From Cetorhinus maximus (taxonomy: Eukaryota): a DNA stretch of 64,000 bases. Every line of letters begins with the position of its first letter. Positions within the stretch are counted from its first letter, which is position 1. The stretch is taken from positions 131,874,001 through 131,938,000 of the forward strand of contig NC_135880.1 of assembly GCF_964194155.1 (NCBI RefSeq). The letters run 5' to 3'. The position numbers and the translations under genes were made by a program. Of this stretch, positions 27,368 through 40,559 are shown piece after piece. The notes under the pieces were generated by a model, which saw nothing but the letters and a program-made list of their open reading frames with translations, made no database searches and had not been told where the DNA came from.

Positions 27368-28230
27368 GGGCAGATTTCACTACTGAGGCAGGTACGTCGA
27401 GTTGGGAAATTTCCTGACTCGGCACACCCACCTTTGCACTCAAGCAGGGGAGAGGGGTGGGGGTTGCAGGTGCAGATTGAGGCTGCCAAGTGCTGAGGTG
27501 GGCTGTGTAAAAGGCCTGCCTTGGTCATCTGGGACTTATCCCAATTGTTTGCTTATATTTTAGGCCTTCTAGCCCTCACCCACTCCTTATGCCACCTCCA
27601 TGCCAAATCATACCCTCCACCCACTCCCAATGGACTCTCAATCTCCATGCCAACTCATGTCCCCCCTAAAACCCCCAATAGCCCCTCATACCCTCCATGC
27701 CAACTCATGGTACTTCCAATACCCACTCACTGAGTATAGATTCTAAACAGAACCAATGAACTCTATAATAATAATGGCATGTGTGGAACTGCCTAAAAAA
27801 ATCCATTCATAATTTTCTTTAAATAAAACTTCTGTTGCTACAACTCTATAAAAGTGTCAATTAACCAGACCTTTAAAGTATCAAGAACAGGAGCTATAAG
27901 CACTTGACAGTTCTTTATCTTGTACAAATAAACATAGAGCCATTGACAAAAGAAATCACAAAAAAATTATTATATCATAAAACTGTCACTCGGGTAGCGT
28001 TTTCCCTTCTGTCCAACTGTGCCAACAGAGGTAATCCTTTTATGGGAATCTGGGCCATCAGCGAAGGCTCATTATGTACCGAAGTGCCATGAGTTGGCAT
28101 GGAAGGTATGAGGGGACATTGGGAGTAGGTGGGGGTTTGAGAGTTAGCATGGGGTGTATGAGGGGCCATGGGGTGGATAGGCGGATGAGTTGGCATGTAC
28201 TGGGCATGGGGGTGGGGTGTTGTGGTTCGC
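27368..28230. mobile_element. Non-autonomous Harbinger-like element fragment
   Basis: Its start (gggcagatttc...gaggcaggta.gtcgagt.gggaaattt) is the reverse complement of the end of 40560-41647. Confidence 0.5.
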
Positions 28231-30412
28231 CTTTAAGTGAGTGCAGTTTTGTTTTTTGTATACATTACTGAAGGTGATGCAATGTATCATGAGATTCAGA
28301 CATAGTCTCAATTTTTTCCTAAGTAAACTACCAGCTCAGGCATGTATTCAAGTTCTCCAACTGTGTAACACTGTTACCAACTTCTCAAGTCCTTAATAAA
28401 TGAGCCTACATATTTTTGTGTTAAGCAATCCCTTGTGTGTGCTTGGCGCCTTCATGTTTATCTACTAAGTAAGCACAAAGAGAAGAAAAACACAACAGGG
28501 GGCAAGGGTAAGGCCTTTTGACTTTACCTTTCAAAAGCTCCCGAATCCAGAATACCGTTCACAACTCCTCTGAGTCACGGAGGGCGGAATTTTCTGGCCC
28601 CACCAATGGCAGGTTTTGTGGCAGACGGGTGGGAGCGGAAAATTTGGAGCGAGGCCAAAAGTTAGATTCCCACCGGTGGAAAAACATGTTGTAATTTTCC
28701 CCTCGCCACATGCAGAGACATAAGGGTGAAGGGTTTTTGGGAAGGTTGGGGGCGGGAAGGGATGATAGCAGACAGAGTGAAGATAGGGGTGGGGAAGCCA
28801 AAGCCTGACATGAAACAGCAGAGTGTCGATACAGAAGGTGGTGGATGAGGTTCGATTTGCATGAATGAGAGGGGATGCATGCAGACTCTAGAGTATGAAA
28901 GGGTGGGGGTGGTGGTTACTGTGGCACAAGAGGGAAGGGTTGCGCAGAGACTCATGGGGGTGCTGGTGGGGGTGCGGAAGAAACGGTCTTGTGGTCATTC
29001 ATTAAAGAGCCAAACAGCTGAGTGAAAGACAGTCATAGTTCTGGGACTGTTGCCAAGAGGTTGGGGTGAGAGATTAAAGGCAGTCCTGGAGCTCTGTGGG
29101 CCATCCTACAGGGCTTGGCATGGCACGCACGTCATAGTCCTGTTGCAGTGAGTGGCAAGGCCTGTGGGTTCAATGGGGATCAGGCACTGCTTGGCATGCG
29201 GGGTTTGGTCATAGTCTCACAGTCAGTGGTGATGGGCATGTCTGGCTCAGTACTGGGCTGCAGGAGGGATGGTCATGGTCAGAGGAGGCATCTGCAGCCT
29301 GTAAAATGAGGAAAACGTAATAAACGCGGGGGTACTGAAAACTCTCCTCGGGGGTGGGGCGGGGGGGGGGGGGGGGGGGGGGGCGGTGTTGCCCCTGTAT
29401 GTGACTGCGCAGCAGCCTCAAGATAGGGAAGGTTGAGCCCACATGGGACATGCGCACATCAGCAGTGATGGGTTCAGCAGGAAAGGCAAGATTGTCTACC
29501 ACAATGACAATGGGATCCAGGGTTACTGGAGGAGGCTGGAGAATCACAGGAGGGAGTTCGACCTGCACATCATCATGAGGTTCCAGGAAGGCTGGGGGGG
29601 ACCTGAACTCTGACAGGGGGAGGGTCGAAGCTGGTATCGAAGTAGAAATGCAGAACCACCATCTTGAGACCCCCAAGTTATGGCGCAGTTTAAAACGGAA
29701 ACTGGAAAAGAATTTGCATGGAAGGATGCTGAGGCAGTGTGGGAAGAGCCCATGGCTGGACTCGGGAGGTGAGGGGACTAACAGGAGGCACCCTCACACT
29801 GCTTAGAGTAACAAAATGGAAATAGAGTCTTAGTTGACAGAAGTCAGGAAGTGTTTTTAGAGAAGGTGTAATTCGAGCCATTGACATTTGGAGTGCTTTA
29901 ACCTGAGAGTGTAGGAGTCACTAGGTTCACAAAGAAGTTATCAATTTGAGCATTAACAGAGAGGAGTGTGAGAATGGAAGATGCAGCCAACCATGAAGGG
30001 AACACAGCTGCTGGATATCTGCAAGATGATCAATGAAAGCCTCTAAGGTGCTTTCTCCAATTGGTATGGCTAACAGGGTCAAAGGGCATCCAGTTATTCA
30101 AAAAGTGCAGGTTAGGCATAATCAGTATACCAGGTCAGACATAGGAGTGCATTAGGTAAGGTTGAACATATCCTGGATGCAACAAGCCTCTTCCAACCTC
30201 TGGAAATAAGGTGTCAATTAGCTGGGTGGCATCTTGGTCACCTAGATCTGTGAGGTAGCGCCTCAGCTGGAACACTGGATCAGGGAAAGACAAGTAGCGC
30301 AGATGCAGACCTAGGGCATTACAGTGGCTTTCTGGTAGTTCTACTATAGTTGCCCATGACTCAGACCCAACTATTGGATCTATCTGTCCACAGAGAGGAG
30401 GAGGATTGAATA

Positions 30413-31601
30413 ATGGAACCTGCGCTCAATGCTGCCTTCTTGATGGTAGTGATCCAAATGGGGAGAAGAAAGGCCTGGTGCTGCCTAGAAGCTTTGAGAA
30501 GAGGCCCGGCCTGAGGGCATAGTCCAGGCGGGGCCCAGCAGATCCAGAGGTTGAGGAGTTCAGACCCATCCCATGGAGGTGACTTACACGACCAAGGGTC
30601 TACTGAAGACGCCATTCCTATCCGGAAATGAGCGAGAGACAATGCAGAGAGATGTGGTGGCTCATATCTGCCACATTCCGCAGGAAAAGCTAATGCCACA
30701 TGGACTGGGAGGACATTCCCTGCCAGTGTCCCTGAACATCACCACCCCACTCAATTTTTTTGCCAGTGGGTCGCTCCAGGGATCAACAGGGCACTATGCG
30801 GCATCTCTCAGTCCTCAAACACAAATATATCAAGGCAGTGATGGATGCCCTCCCCCTACAGTAAGGCTCATCATTATGCAAAGTTCATACTGGATGAAGC
30901 TAGCCTGGCTGCTAGATCCCTGGGTTTTGCTGCAATCTCTGGCTTCCCGAGAGTATAGGATGTGATCGATTGCACACATGTGGCTTTGAGAGCTCCATGG
31001 CAGCAGGCCCCTGATGTTCAGGGGTTCCACTCCTGAACATTCAGCTGGTGAGCGGCCATCAGTAGCATATCATGCATGTTTATGCCAGGTACCACAGAAG
31101 TTCCCATGACTCATACATCCTGACGCACTCCCAGGTGCCTCACATATTTAAAGGGCCGCAGCAATTACAGGGTTGGCTGCTTGGGGATAAGGGGTACCCA
31201 CTCAAGCGATGGCTCATGGCACCCATGCATCATCCTCAAAGTGACTCGGAGCATAGTTCATAGTTCAACAAGATCCATCATTGAGCAAACCACTGGCACC
31301 CTGAAGATGCACTTCCAATGCTCGGACCGCTCAGGTGGGACTCTGCAGTACATTCCAGAGGGTGACCCGCATCATCGCAGTCTGTTGCACCCTGCACAAC
31401 CTGGTGCTTCAAAAGAGGGATCACTTACCAGAGGGGGAAGTAGAGGCGGCTGAGAATTCATCAGCGATTGAAGACCTGGAAGGGCAGGAACCTGCAGGGG
31501 GCATTGATGGGGAGCTTCCAAGTGAGAATGCGATCACAGCTGAAAGATGTGGAAGACATGCCCATGACACACTCATAGCCACAAGGTTCCAGCAGGAGTA
31601 A
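30413..31601 (+). pseudogene. Frameshifted HARBI1-like DDE transposase
   Basis: LNFFASGSLQ, VIDCTHV, ARYHRSSHDSYIL, GWLLGDKGYPL, TRSIIEQTTGTLKMHFQC, CCTLHNL, stop at 31601. Confidence 0.9.
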
Positions 31602-31809
31602 AGTGCAGGCAGGGTACCCAAGCGCATTTCTCCTGTCTCTTAATGGCACACCAGTGATCTGAAAGGCCTTTACAACCACTAACATCGAGAGCAAGGTCAG
31701 CATTGGGCCTTGGACCTCCAACCCTCATGTCTCACCGGGCCCTATCTTTAGAAAGGCCAGCAGCCAAAGCTTCTCAATGTCGGCAGCCCAGGACTGGTCC
31801 ACTGAAGAC

Positions 31810-33574
31810 ATGGCCCCGTAAGCCAAGAAGACAGCAGCCTCCAAATTCAGTGACACCTCAATAGAACACCTTTTGGATGCAGTCGAGGTCGACGCAATGT
31901 CCTCTACCCTGGCTCGGGCCACAGGAAGTCCAGCAAGCTCACCAATCTGGCTTGGGAGGTGGTGGCAGCGGTGGTCAGTGCCAACACTTCACAGGAAAGG
32001 TCAGACACCCAGTGCGGAAAGAGGATGAATGTTCTCATCCATGCTGCCAGGGTAAGTCAACCATCTTATCACTCTCAACTCACACACTTAGAAGCCCATC
32101 ACACATTCACTGGCATCTCTCTCACTGTCAGCTCAAGGGACATCACCATTCACTCTCTCACACACACCCTCACATCCCCATCTGGGCTCATCTCCTCTGG
32201 AGATCACGTCTCCGTCCCTTCCAATCGCTCCCCTCACCACATACACATGCCATGCTTCCTTATCATCTGCCCTGCAATGTGTCTTGCTCACACTCTCTCC
32301 GTCTGTCTTTACACAGGACAAGATCATACACCATCGCTGAAAGAGTTCCCAGACTAGGGTTGGAGTGCCGGAACCCAAGGTCCTCTCTCAGTTCAAAAAC
32401 CGAGCCACTGAGCTGGACAGAGAGGACGTGGACCATGCCTGTGGCAACAGTAAGGTTGGTGGCAAACACCCACGTGAGGATCCTGCACCAGCATACTGTG
32501 AGTGCATTGTCCTATTTTAGAGTTGCCTGCCTTGCACTAATTATCTCTACTTTCTATCATAGGACCTTCAGCCTAGCGCCCAATAGCCTCAACCTGCCAG
32601 GCCCTTAGTTCGAACCCTGAAGACACCTTGGATGTGGATCCTGAGGACACCACAGCAGAAGACTCATCACAGTGCTCACCCACACCCTCCACTAGCACAG
32701 AGGCACACACTTCAGTGGGACCTAGTTCTACAGTAGGCTCAGGGTCACAGTCTGGTGAGCACAGCACATAATATAGTCCACAGCAAGCGGTGGCAGGACA
32801 TCCGAGGTCGCTGGCACTCAGAGGACTTCTGGAGGCCAGGATTCTGTTGAGTCCAAGTCAGATGATGAGCCTCCGGACTCGGTCCTAAATCAGCTGGTGG
32901 AGCTGCAGCAACATTCACGGGAACATCAGGAAAGGATGTCAGCTGCATTCTTCAGATTGCAACATACGATGGAGGGGTCCATCCATGTTCAGTCTGAGGT
33001 GATAGTGGCGGCATGTCAAAGCAACAAGGTCAACACTGGCAGCCACCATAGAGACCTTAGTCCAGGAAAATGGGTCCAGCACTGGCGCAGCAGCTGCACT
33101 CCATCGCTGTAGCCATTGGTGGCATCCATCAATGGCCATGTGAAAGGGGGGGTGGGGGGGGGGGTGGTGATCTTACTCCAGCTGCCCCTTCTTCTCGAGG
33201 AGTCAGCCTGGGGCCCTCAGGCACCCAGAGAGATGGACCGGCAGATGGGCACCCCGGGGCCATCCACCCAGGTGACTCCAGGAGCGCCCAGCCGATCCCA
33301 ATCCATTTTTCCTGTGACCCCATCACCTCCAGCTCCACAGGTCGAGGAGGGTCCACCTACCCCACAGCAGGACACCCGAAGTAGGCCAGGGCACTCTAGG
33401 TCTCAGCCCTCCAGAGGACACCTACCAAAGTCATCACAGACAATAGGATGCAAGGGTCAGCAGGCTGCCTCCACCTCTGCTGTGAAGGATGCACCCAGAT
33501 GTAGCGGTATGGCTAGGAAAGTTAGAAAATTTAGGAGCACCACAGTGGCATGGGTGTTCACAACATGTATATAA
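31810..33574 (+). pseudogene. Three-exon Myb/SANT-like (MSANTD-type) Harbinger DNA-binding gene, disabled
   Basis: Exon 1 (31810-32051) reads KFSDTSIEHLLDAVEV/RNVLYP...AWEVVAAVVSA..RSDTQCGKRMN then |gtaagt. Acceptor cacag| at 32316. A probable second intron at 32498-32562. Low-complexity S/P/T C-terminus. Confidence 0.75.
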
Positions 33575-35104
33575 TGTTCACAAATGTAAACAGAATCACA
33601 CCAATTTCACATCTCCTCTTATGTATACCTCCTTTTCATGATGAACTGTGTTGCTGTCAATCAGGTTAGATATGATGGTGCCTCCCCCCATTTATTGCAG
33701 ACCTTGCTATCATGGGCCTCTCGTCTATATGTGTGCTTCCTTATCACCACAGTGTGCGCCCCTTTTTTGGATCATTCTTGACATCAGTGATGCCTCAACC
33801 TTAGCGTTAATTGTGCTTGTGGAAGGAACCTTGTTCACATGCTTTGCAGGGTCATGTCTTGTTTATTCTTGGCTGTGTAAGATTGAGGCAGAGGGGTTCT
33901 CCTGCCTCTTCTGCATTCTTGAAAGGTGAAGGTGTAGTGTACAAGGAGATGTGTTAATGCATGGAGAAGGGCCATATATCGTGCAACTCCATGTGCTCTG
34001 TCTTCCCGCAGGGTTTTCATGCTATGCGTCCATACTCAGAGCTCGTGTGCGCTCCTGTCTTTCCGAGTGTACATCTGCTAAGTTCACCAATAAGTGGGAG
34101 CACCTTGCCCACTCAAGGTGCCGAAGCTCTGCCCCTTATTATTTCCCTGGAGTTCGAACCTACAATCTTGATTGTTTTTCAGCCTGTAATTGTCTGGATT
34201 GCAGCCACAGGGCTCTTGTCACAATGCTGGGATGCAGCGCTGTGCATCCCATCACCTAAACATTCACCGAGACATGTGATGCTAATTGCAAATGGTGATT
34301 TTTGACGGTCAGTAGAGGCTTTGAGCCGGCCCTGGAGGTGCACATCGTAGCTTTAGACAATGGTACGGGAGCAATGGGTTAGGAGCGAGGATGTACTGAA
34401 GCTGTAGACTGCTATTTATTAGCAGCAACTCATCACCTTGTGCGCCTCATGGTGTCTGAACATTTTGGAGTTCACAAGGGCCATGACTGGCCACGAGGGC
34501 ACAATGTGTGTCTTAATGAGGAGGCATTTTCATGTTTGGCACACAAGTGGATGAATGTCGTCATTTTCAGGTGGTCCACATGCACAGTAAGGGGAAGATA
34601 AAAGCAGGTCAGCATTCCTAACTGAGAGTGGCCGGATAGAGAAGAAGGTGACACAGGGGATTGAATCATCTCTGATCAGGCGTACACCTGTGGAATGTCC
34701 TCAGCTCCCTTGCCCCAAGGGTCACCGATCAGTTTCACCATCGAGGTTACACAGAATGCATTGTCCCATCACTGGAGATGGATCTCCTTGAGGAGCTTTG
34801 TCACATTGAAGGCACGCAGCTACAAGCCCACTGAGGATAGCAGAACAGCTCCTGCCTCTTGTAGGCTGCTGTTGTGACTGGGGATGCTCGAGAGATGCTT
34901 GAAGAGGCAGCACCTTCTGACATCTGATGCCAGGACTCCCTCCTCCAGTTAACACCTAATCTCAGCAAGGACACATGTTCCCGAGGCTTCATCATCCTGC
35001 AAAGCCTGATGTGTAATTATTCACTCTCATATTGAAATGAATGGTTGAAATGAGGAATAGAACACTGGTGTTGGCCCACGACAGAGGGCACTTGTCCAAG
35101 AGGG

Positions 35105-35560
35105 TGCTCACTGCAACTCATCATCCTCCTGGTGCAATCTGGTGGCTATGAGGGCCTCACGCGCACGCCTGCCTCATCTGGCCCATTCTATGGCCTCTTG
35201 CTCTGCAGCTTCATCCCCTTCAATGTCCTCCTCAGCGGAGGAGACGTGCAGCTCTTCCATGTCGGTATCTGGCAAGTCCTCCCCCTTTGCAGTGGCAGGT
35301 TGTGCATCATGAAGGAAGCCACGATGATCTCTGAGACCCTCTGGGGACCGTATTTGAAAGCTCAGCCAGGTCTGTCCAGGCATTGGATCACATCTTTAGG
35401 ATGCCTATGGTATGCTCCACCAATGCTCAGGTAGCGGCATGAGCATCATTGTACCTTCTCTCTGTGGCCACCACATGGGTGTCTTCAGCCATGTCCTTTG
35501 TCACCAAGGATCCAACCCTGGATCCTGTTTGGTCCCTCTGGGATCTGCGATCTCCTCAAG
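35105..35560 (-). pseudogene. C-terminal fragment of another HARBI1-like transposase
   Basis: Minus strand GWILGDKG..., MHNL and an acidic tail (DMEELHVSSAEEDIEGDE). Confidence 0.7.
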
Positions 35561-35931
35561 AAGTACGAGTCGTGGACATTTCCTGGGTATCTGGTGCAAA
35601 CCTGCACAATAATTTTCTTATGCTCACAGACCAGCTGTACATTGAGCAAGAGGAAACCTTTCCTGTTTATGTTTTGGAGTGCCTGTTGCCAAGCGAGGCG
35701 TTTGGACTCTCATTCACTGCACTCTAATACCACACTCTTTTGGAATACACATGGAGAAAAGTGTTTAGTCAGGAGCTGAGATTATCTGAGGGGGACCTGA
35801 GGCCTCTCTTCTGTGAAGCTGCCAGCGCCATGATTCTAAGACACATCTGGAGCTTGTCCAGTCACCCAATTGCTCTGGAGTGCGTTACCACTCTAGCAAA
35901 TTGCCACGCTGTGAACAAGGGGTTAATACAA

Positions 35932-36583
35932 GGGCCAGAACCTTCGGGTCGGCAAGCGGGGGCAGGCCTCACTCACCAACGCGTAAAATGACGTGCGGTG
36001 ACAAGGGGCGTGCGTCCCGACCTCACCGCACATCATTCAGATTTTCAGGATTTTCAGTTTGGCGGGCGCATACCGGAGTCGGCTGCGTGCCCGCCGAACT
36101 GTCAAGGGCCTGTTAAGGCTATTTAAATTCCAATTAAAATAATTAACTGAGCAGAGGCGGCTTTCGCCTTTATCATGAAACCTCAGCCATGGGCAGGATA
36201 AGGTTTCATGAAGGTTTTTAAACTTAAATTAAAATTTTTAATAAAATTCATAGACATGTCCCAGCTCATGTGACACTGTCACATGAGGGGACATGTCTTA
36301 AAAATGTTTTTTTCCCCCTTTATTTAAATTTTTAAAAATCGAATTAATTTCCCTGAGGCAGCTCTGTGCCTCAGGGAGATTTCTGTGCTACGCCCCGACT
36401 CAGGCTACACCCCCCGCCTGCACAAGGAGTGCTCAGCACTTTCAGGTGCGCAGCACACTGGGCGGGCCTTAATTGGCCCGTTCACATAGAATGGCGACGT
36501 GCAGCTGAACGCGGGCAGCAATGGGCCGCACGCCCGTCTGCTCCCGCCCAACCCACCCCTACCGATGGGGAGAAAATTCTCCC
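35932..36583. mobile_element. Harbinger-type MITE with CAA TSD
   Basis: CAA|gggccagaa ... aaaattctccc|CAA. Same family as 60667-61208. Confidence 0.85.
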
Positions 36584-38793
36584 CAAGGAGATCGATTAGT
36601 GCCACTTTGCGGGATTAGTCTCGCATGAATGCACATCGTAGCTCCACCTTCCTGATTCCCTGCACTGTCTTTGAAAGGCTCCTAACATGTCTCAGCTGTG
36701 CATCTCCCCTCATCTGGGAATACACAGTTCAGTTGGGTGCCTCTTTAATCAGCCCCCTCCAGTCCATGCACATGCCCTCCAATCGGCCCTTGAAGCACTC
36801 ACCAGCAGAGTATCTCATTTTAATTTTGTACTGCACCATCGCTACAGGTTGGAAAATGGTGGTGCTGTGGTCTCACTATCAGACCAGCTTGGACCCTCCC
36901 CGTAAGTGTGTGGAAATCTCTCTCACCGTCCTGCAGGAGTTTAATGTTCAGTTTTCCCTCCCTCAATTCTCCTCTTGTATTCCTTGATCCCATTGTGATG
37001 GTGGTGGATATCCCTATATTAACCCCAGAACATGGTAAGGTAAATGTGCCCATGCCCCATGTGGACCTCATCCCTCCCCATCTTGCAGACACTTGCACGC
37101 TTTGACATATACACCGCCCTCCCACCTGCTGACACACTAATGCCCCCACAATACCTTTTCCCCCATCTAAAGGCTGCAGATGCCTCCCCTGAGTGTGCCA
37201 TCTGCGGCCCAGAAAGATGCCAGTCACCCCACAGACCTAGGCGTGTGATGTTACAACAATGCCTTACACACAACATCCTGGGTACGACAGAGACTGGACT
37301 GACATGCCCTCCCCCTGGACTGGGACAAGGACAGCCTTTGCAAGCTCAATAGTGAAGTGCTTCTTCACTCAGCGATCCTCCCATTATGGCCCAAAATCAC
37401 TTATGTAAATTCTACTCTCCTCCACCCCAGCCTGGCGCTGAGGACACTTCCCCAACAACCCCCACCCCTCCAAGTCATGGCGTTTGAGTGCAACCTTTCC
37501 AACTATTACCCCAGTGGACTCCTTGCCCTGTGGCCCCTTCCCTTGCATCAGGCCAGTTTCCCCCCTTCCCCAGTGGAGGCCTTGCCTTGCAGCACATTAA
37601 AAACCCCACCTTACCGCTAGTCTGGTAGGTAGAAACTTGCCTCTGACACCAGCCCTGAAAAAGTGACATGGTGCTGGCTGCGACACCTGGCACTGAGTCC
37701 GAGTTGCCCTGAGCACTGTGCCATGCAAAGTAGGCAAATAAAGCTCAAAGTCACAAGCAAGGTGCAGGTCACCAGTTGCATATCGCTTATACATCGTTGT
37801 GAAACGCATCGGTCTATTTGGGCACGATGCGCCCTCTTGATCCAGTGTGGGGCGGGGGGGGGAATTATTCTGGCAAGCAGCCCTTATAATGAGATGCAAA
37901 TGTTTTAATATGATGGTTCCTGGTGTGCCGCAGCGGGAAACGGGACCCGCCATTGAGGGCTGGAGCGGGCAACCCTGGACTGCTTTTACGATGGCGGTAA
38001 ACTGATTTTTCTAATCTCGCAATATTTTCTGCTTCTGCCCGCCATGGCTCATGCCAGGAAATCCCACCCATCGTTTTAGTATGCATTAAAACCTTTCGGT
38101 TTGTGTCTTTGTGGAGACAAGGGCTTATTATATTTTCTGTAATACTTCATGCATTTCAAACCAGCACCATGGCTCAAAAGGATATCTCTGCTCTCCAGGA
38201 GGCATTCTCCTCATTCTCCCATGATGGGTGAGCCTGGGGCAGTTAGCGACTCTCAGTGACTAAATGCATTGTGGCTGCTTTCAGAGTACCTGCCATCTAC
38301 CTGCATGATGTAGACCCAGATGGTCATATGAAACACACATGTTGCTTGGATGGAACCCCTTCCTATTCATAAATGCCACTGCATTCCAGAAAGGAGCCTA
38401 TGAGGTCACATGGGTTCCATCAGTGGTGTCCCGCACCCTTAGTGACCCAATTACCATGAAAATATGAACAATTCTCTCCTACTCCTGGGGCTTCCTTTGG
38501 AATACTAATCAATGAATTTGTCTTGCAAAGCAAGCTGCAGGTAAACTGCAGGTGAAACGTAAGGCAGAGTGAGGAGTACATCATGTTCAAACTCTTAACA
38601 AAGCCCGCGGTGCTTCAGCAGGACAGCCGGTGAGGAAAATTTTAGGCAGCATGCTCCCTCTGAACACTTCCAGAGCAAGAACTTTCTCAAATATCCCACC
38701 CCTGCCCCCATGGCGCCATCATAAGCTCAGGTATTTTCTTTTTAAAAAGCACATCTCTTGAAAACCTGAATTCAAATGAAACAAGGTTCTTCA

Positions 38794-39172
38794 GGGGAGG
38801 CAGTGGTGTAGTGATATTGTCACTGGATTGGTAATCCAGAGAGCCAGGGTAATGCGCCGGAAACCTGGTTCAAATCCCACTACTGCAGCTGGTAATATTT
38901 GAATTCAATTGTATATTTAAAAAAAAATTGGGAATTAAAAGTCTAATGATGACCATGAAACCATTGCCAATTGTCGTAAAAACCCATCTGGTTCACTAAT
39001 GTCCATTCGGGAAGGAAATCTGCCATCTTTACCTGGTCTGGCCTACATGTGACTCCAGACCCACAGCAATGTGTTTGACTTTTAAATGCCCTCCGAACAA
39101 GGGGAATTAGGGGTGGGCAATAAATGCTGGCCTAGCCAGCGACGCCCACATCCCAAGAACGAATGAAAATAA
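38794..39172 (+). mobile_element. tRNA-headed SINE made of the 5' end and 3' tail of the LINE family at 20877 and 52757
   Basis: A-box-like tggtgtagtg and B-box ggttcaaatccc. The body matches the LINE 5' UTR up to tgccctc.ga, then jumps to caagggg/caatta..g.tgggcaataaatgctggcctagc. Confidence 0.85.
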
Positions 39173-40559
39173 ACAGAAACAAGCTGTGGAAATCTGAAAG
39201 ACTGGTTTACCAATTATCCAACGGCAATCAGAAATATTTATTTTACAAGAAAAATCTCTTGTAAAATAAATCACCAACTGATAAGGTTCTGTCCAGCAAA
39301 GAAGTGTCTTCCTTTCAAACTACAAATGTTGGAGTTCCCCGCTCATTTAACTGGTACAGATGGTGCAGCTTTCATAAACAAAATCTCATTACCATGTCAC
39401 ACTTGGTTTAAAGTGGTTTTACAGAAATAAAACTGATCAAACCACATCCTGAATGAGCCAGCATTCTGGACACAATCACGAGCTAATGCTATATTAAATC
39501 TGTGAAACAGATTTGGACCTCCTACATCCAGGGCTCTCCACTCTCAACTTAAACTGCCACAAAACAAATCTAGGTGCAATGCCTTTAATGTATGGATTTC
39601 CTGTAAACTGATGAAGATATGGCAAGTTTCTAATGACTTATACATCCATTTATTTAGTGATATAAGCAGAATACAGCAAAATCCAAAATATACAGTTACC
39701 AGTGATTCAAACACCTTATACTATAGTCAAAGCTCTATTTTTGCGACGCTTGTTTTCTTTGACTAATATAAAAGAAGCTTTTCAGCACAGAAAAAACGAG
39801 GAAGTTTAGCAAATATGTAGTCTGCTGCAAAGCACAATGGGACATATCATAGCATCAGAAAGATGTCACCTTGATGAAAGCAGCAGGTGGTTAGGATTTT
39901 TTTTTACAGAAACATTTAGATTGATGAACATATTTGGTGAGCTACAAGAATTCCTTTGAATTTCTTTTACTGCCTCCTCTTGTTATGCTTTGGTTCCAAT
40001 TCTCTTATATTCAAGATTGGGTTGTTTCACTTTTATGTCCCACTACTGTTTAGTTTGCTCCTTTGCCTATTTTTTCTGTTCATCTCCCCCCTTATAAATT
40101 CAGTGGGAAGGAGAAGGGAGGAAATTAAATTGCAGAGGCAGCAGATTTAAACAACAAGAAAGGAAGATAGCCAAGGGTAGTGATGCCCAACCAGGAGTTA
40201 GTTCTTGGGTTTAGTGGATCCAAAAGCTACCTCTTCCAGAGCCAACTTTGAAAGTTATGGTTTGCAATTCTAAATGGTGGTATTTCTCATCCAAGCTCAG
40301 TCCTACAAATGAAACTGCTCTGTAATGGTCGCCTCGTATGTTGTCCACATCTTACCACAGACCACCATAAGGTATTCTCCTCCCACAAACTCACTGAAAA
40401 TTTACTAAAACAAACCAAATTCTCAGTGGAGACTGAAAAAATGAAATGCTTTGTAAACTAGAAGCACACTCAGATTCTCATGCAATTAAACACGCTGCAT
40501 GGACACGTGTCGAGTCATGGAGACGCCCTGGACCTTTAAAAATGGTGTGTGGGACATGG

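Larger units (their letters stand above)
28582..38068. mobile_element. Large Harbinger composite (nested or multi-gene)
   Basis: gggcggaatttc at 28582 and gaaatcccaccc at 38068, with loosely similar subterminal blocks. It contains HARBI1-like genes on both strands, a Myb/SANT gene and a nested MITE. No TSD seen. Confidence 0.55.

Noticed and set aside
38794-38885. tRNA gene
   Set aside because: A/B-box-like motifs belong to a SINE/LINE head; I cannot see a full cloverleaf or a terminator.
39700-39765. Exon-like minus-strand segment (ttag|...|gtaac)
   Set aside because: Stops in all three frames and no other support.
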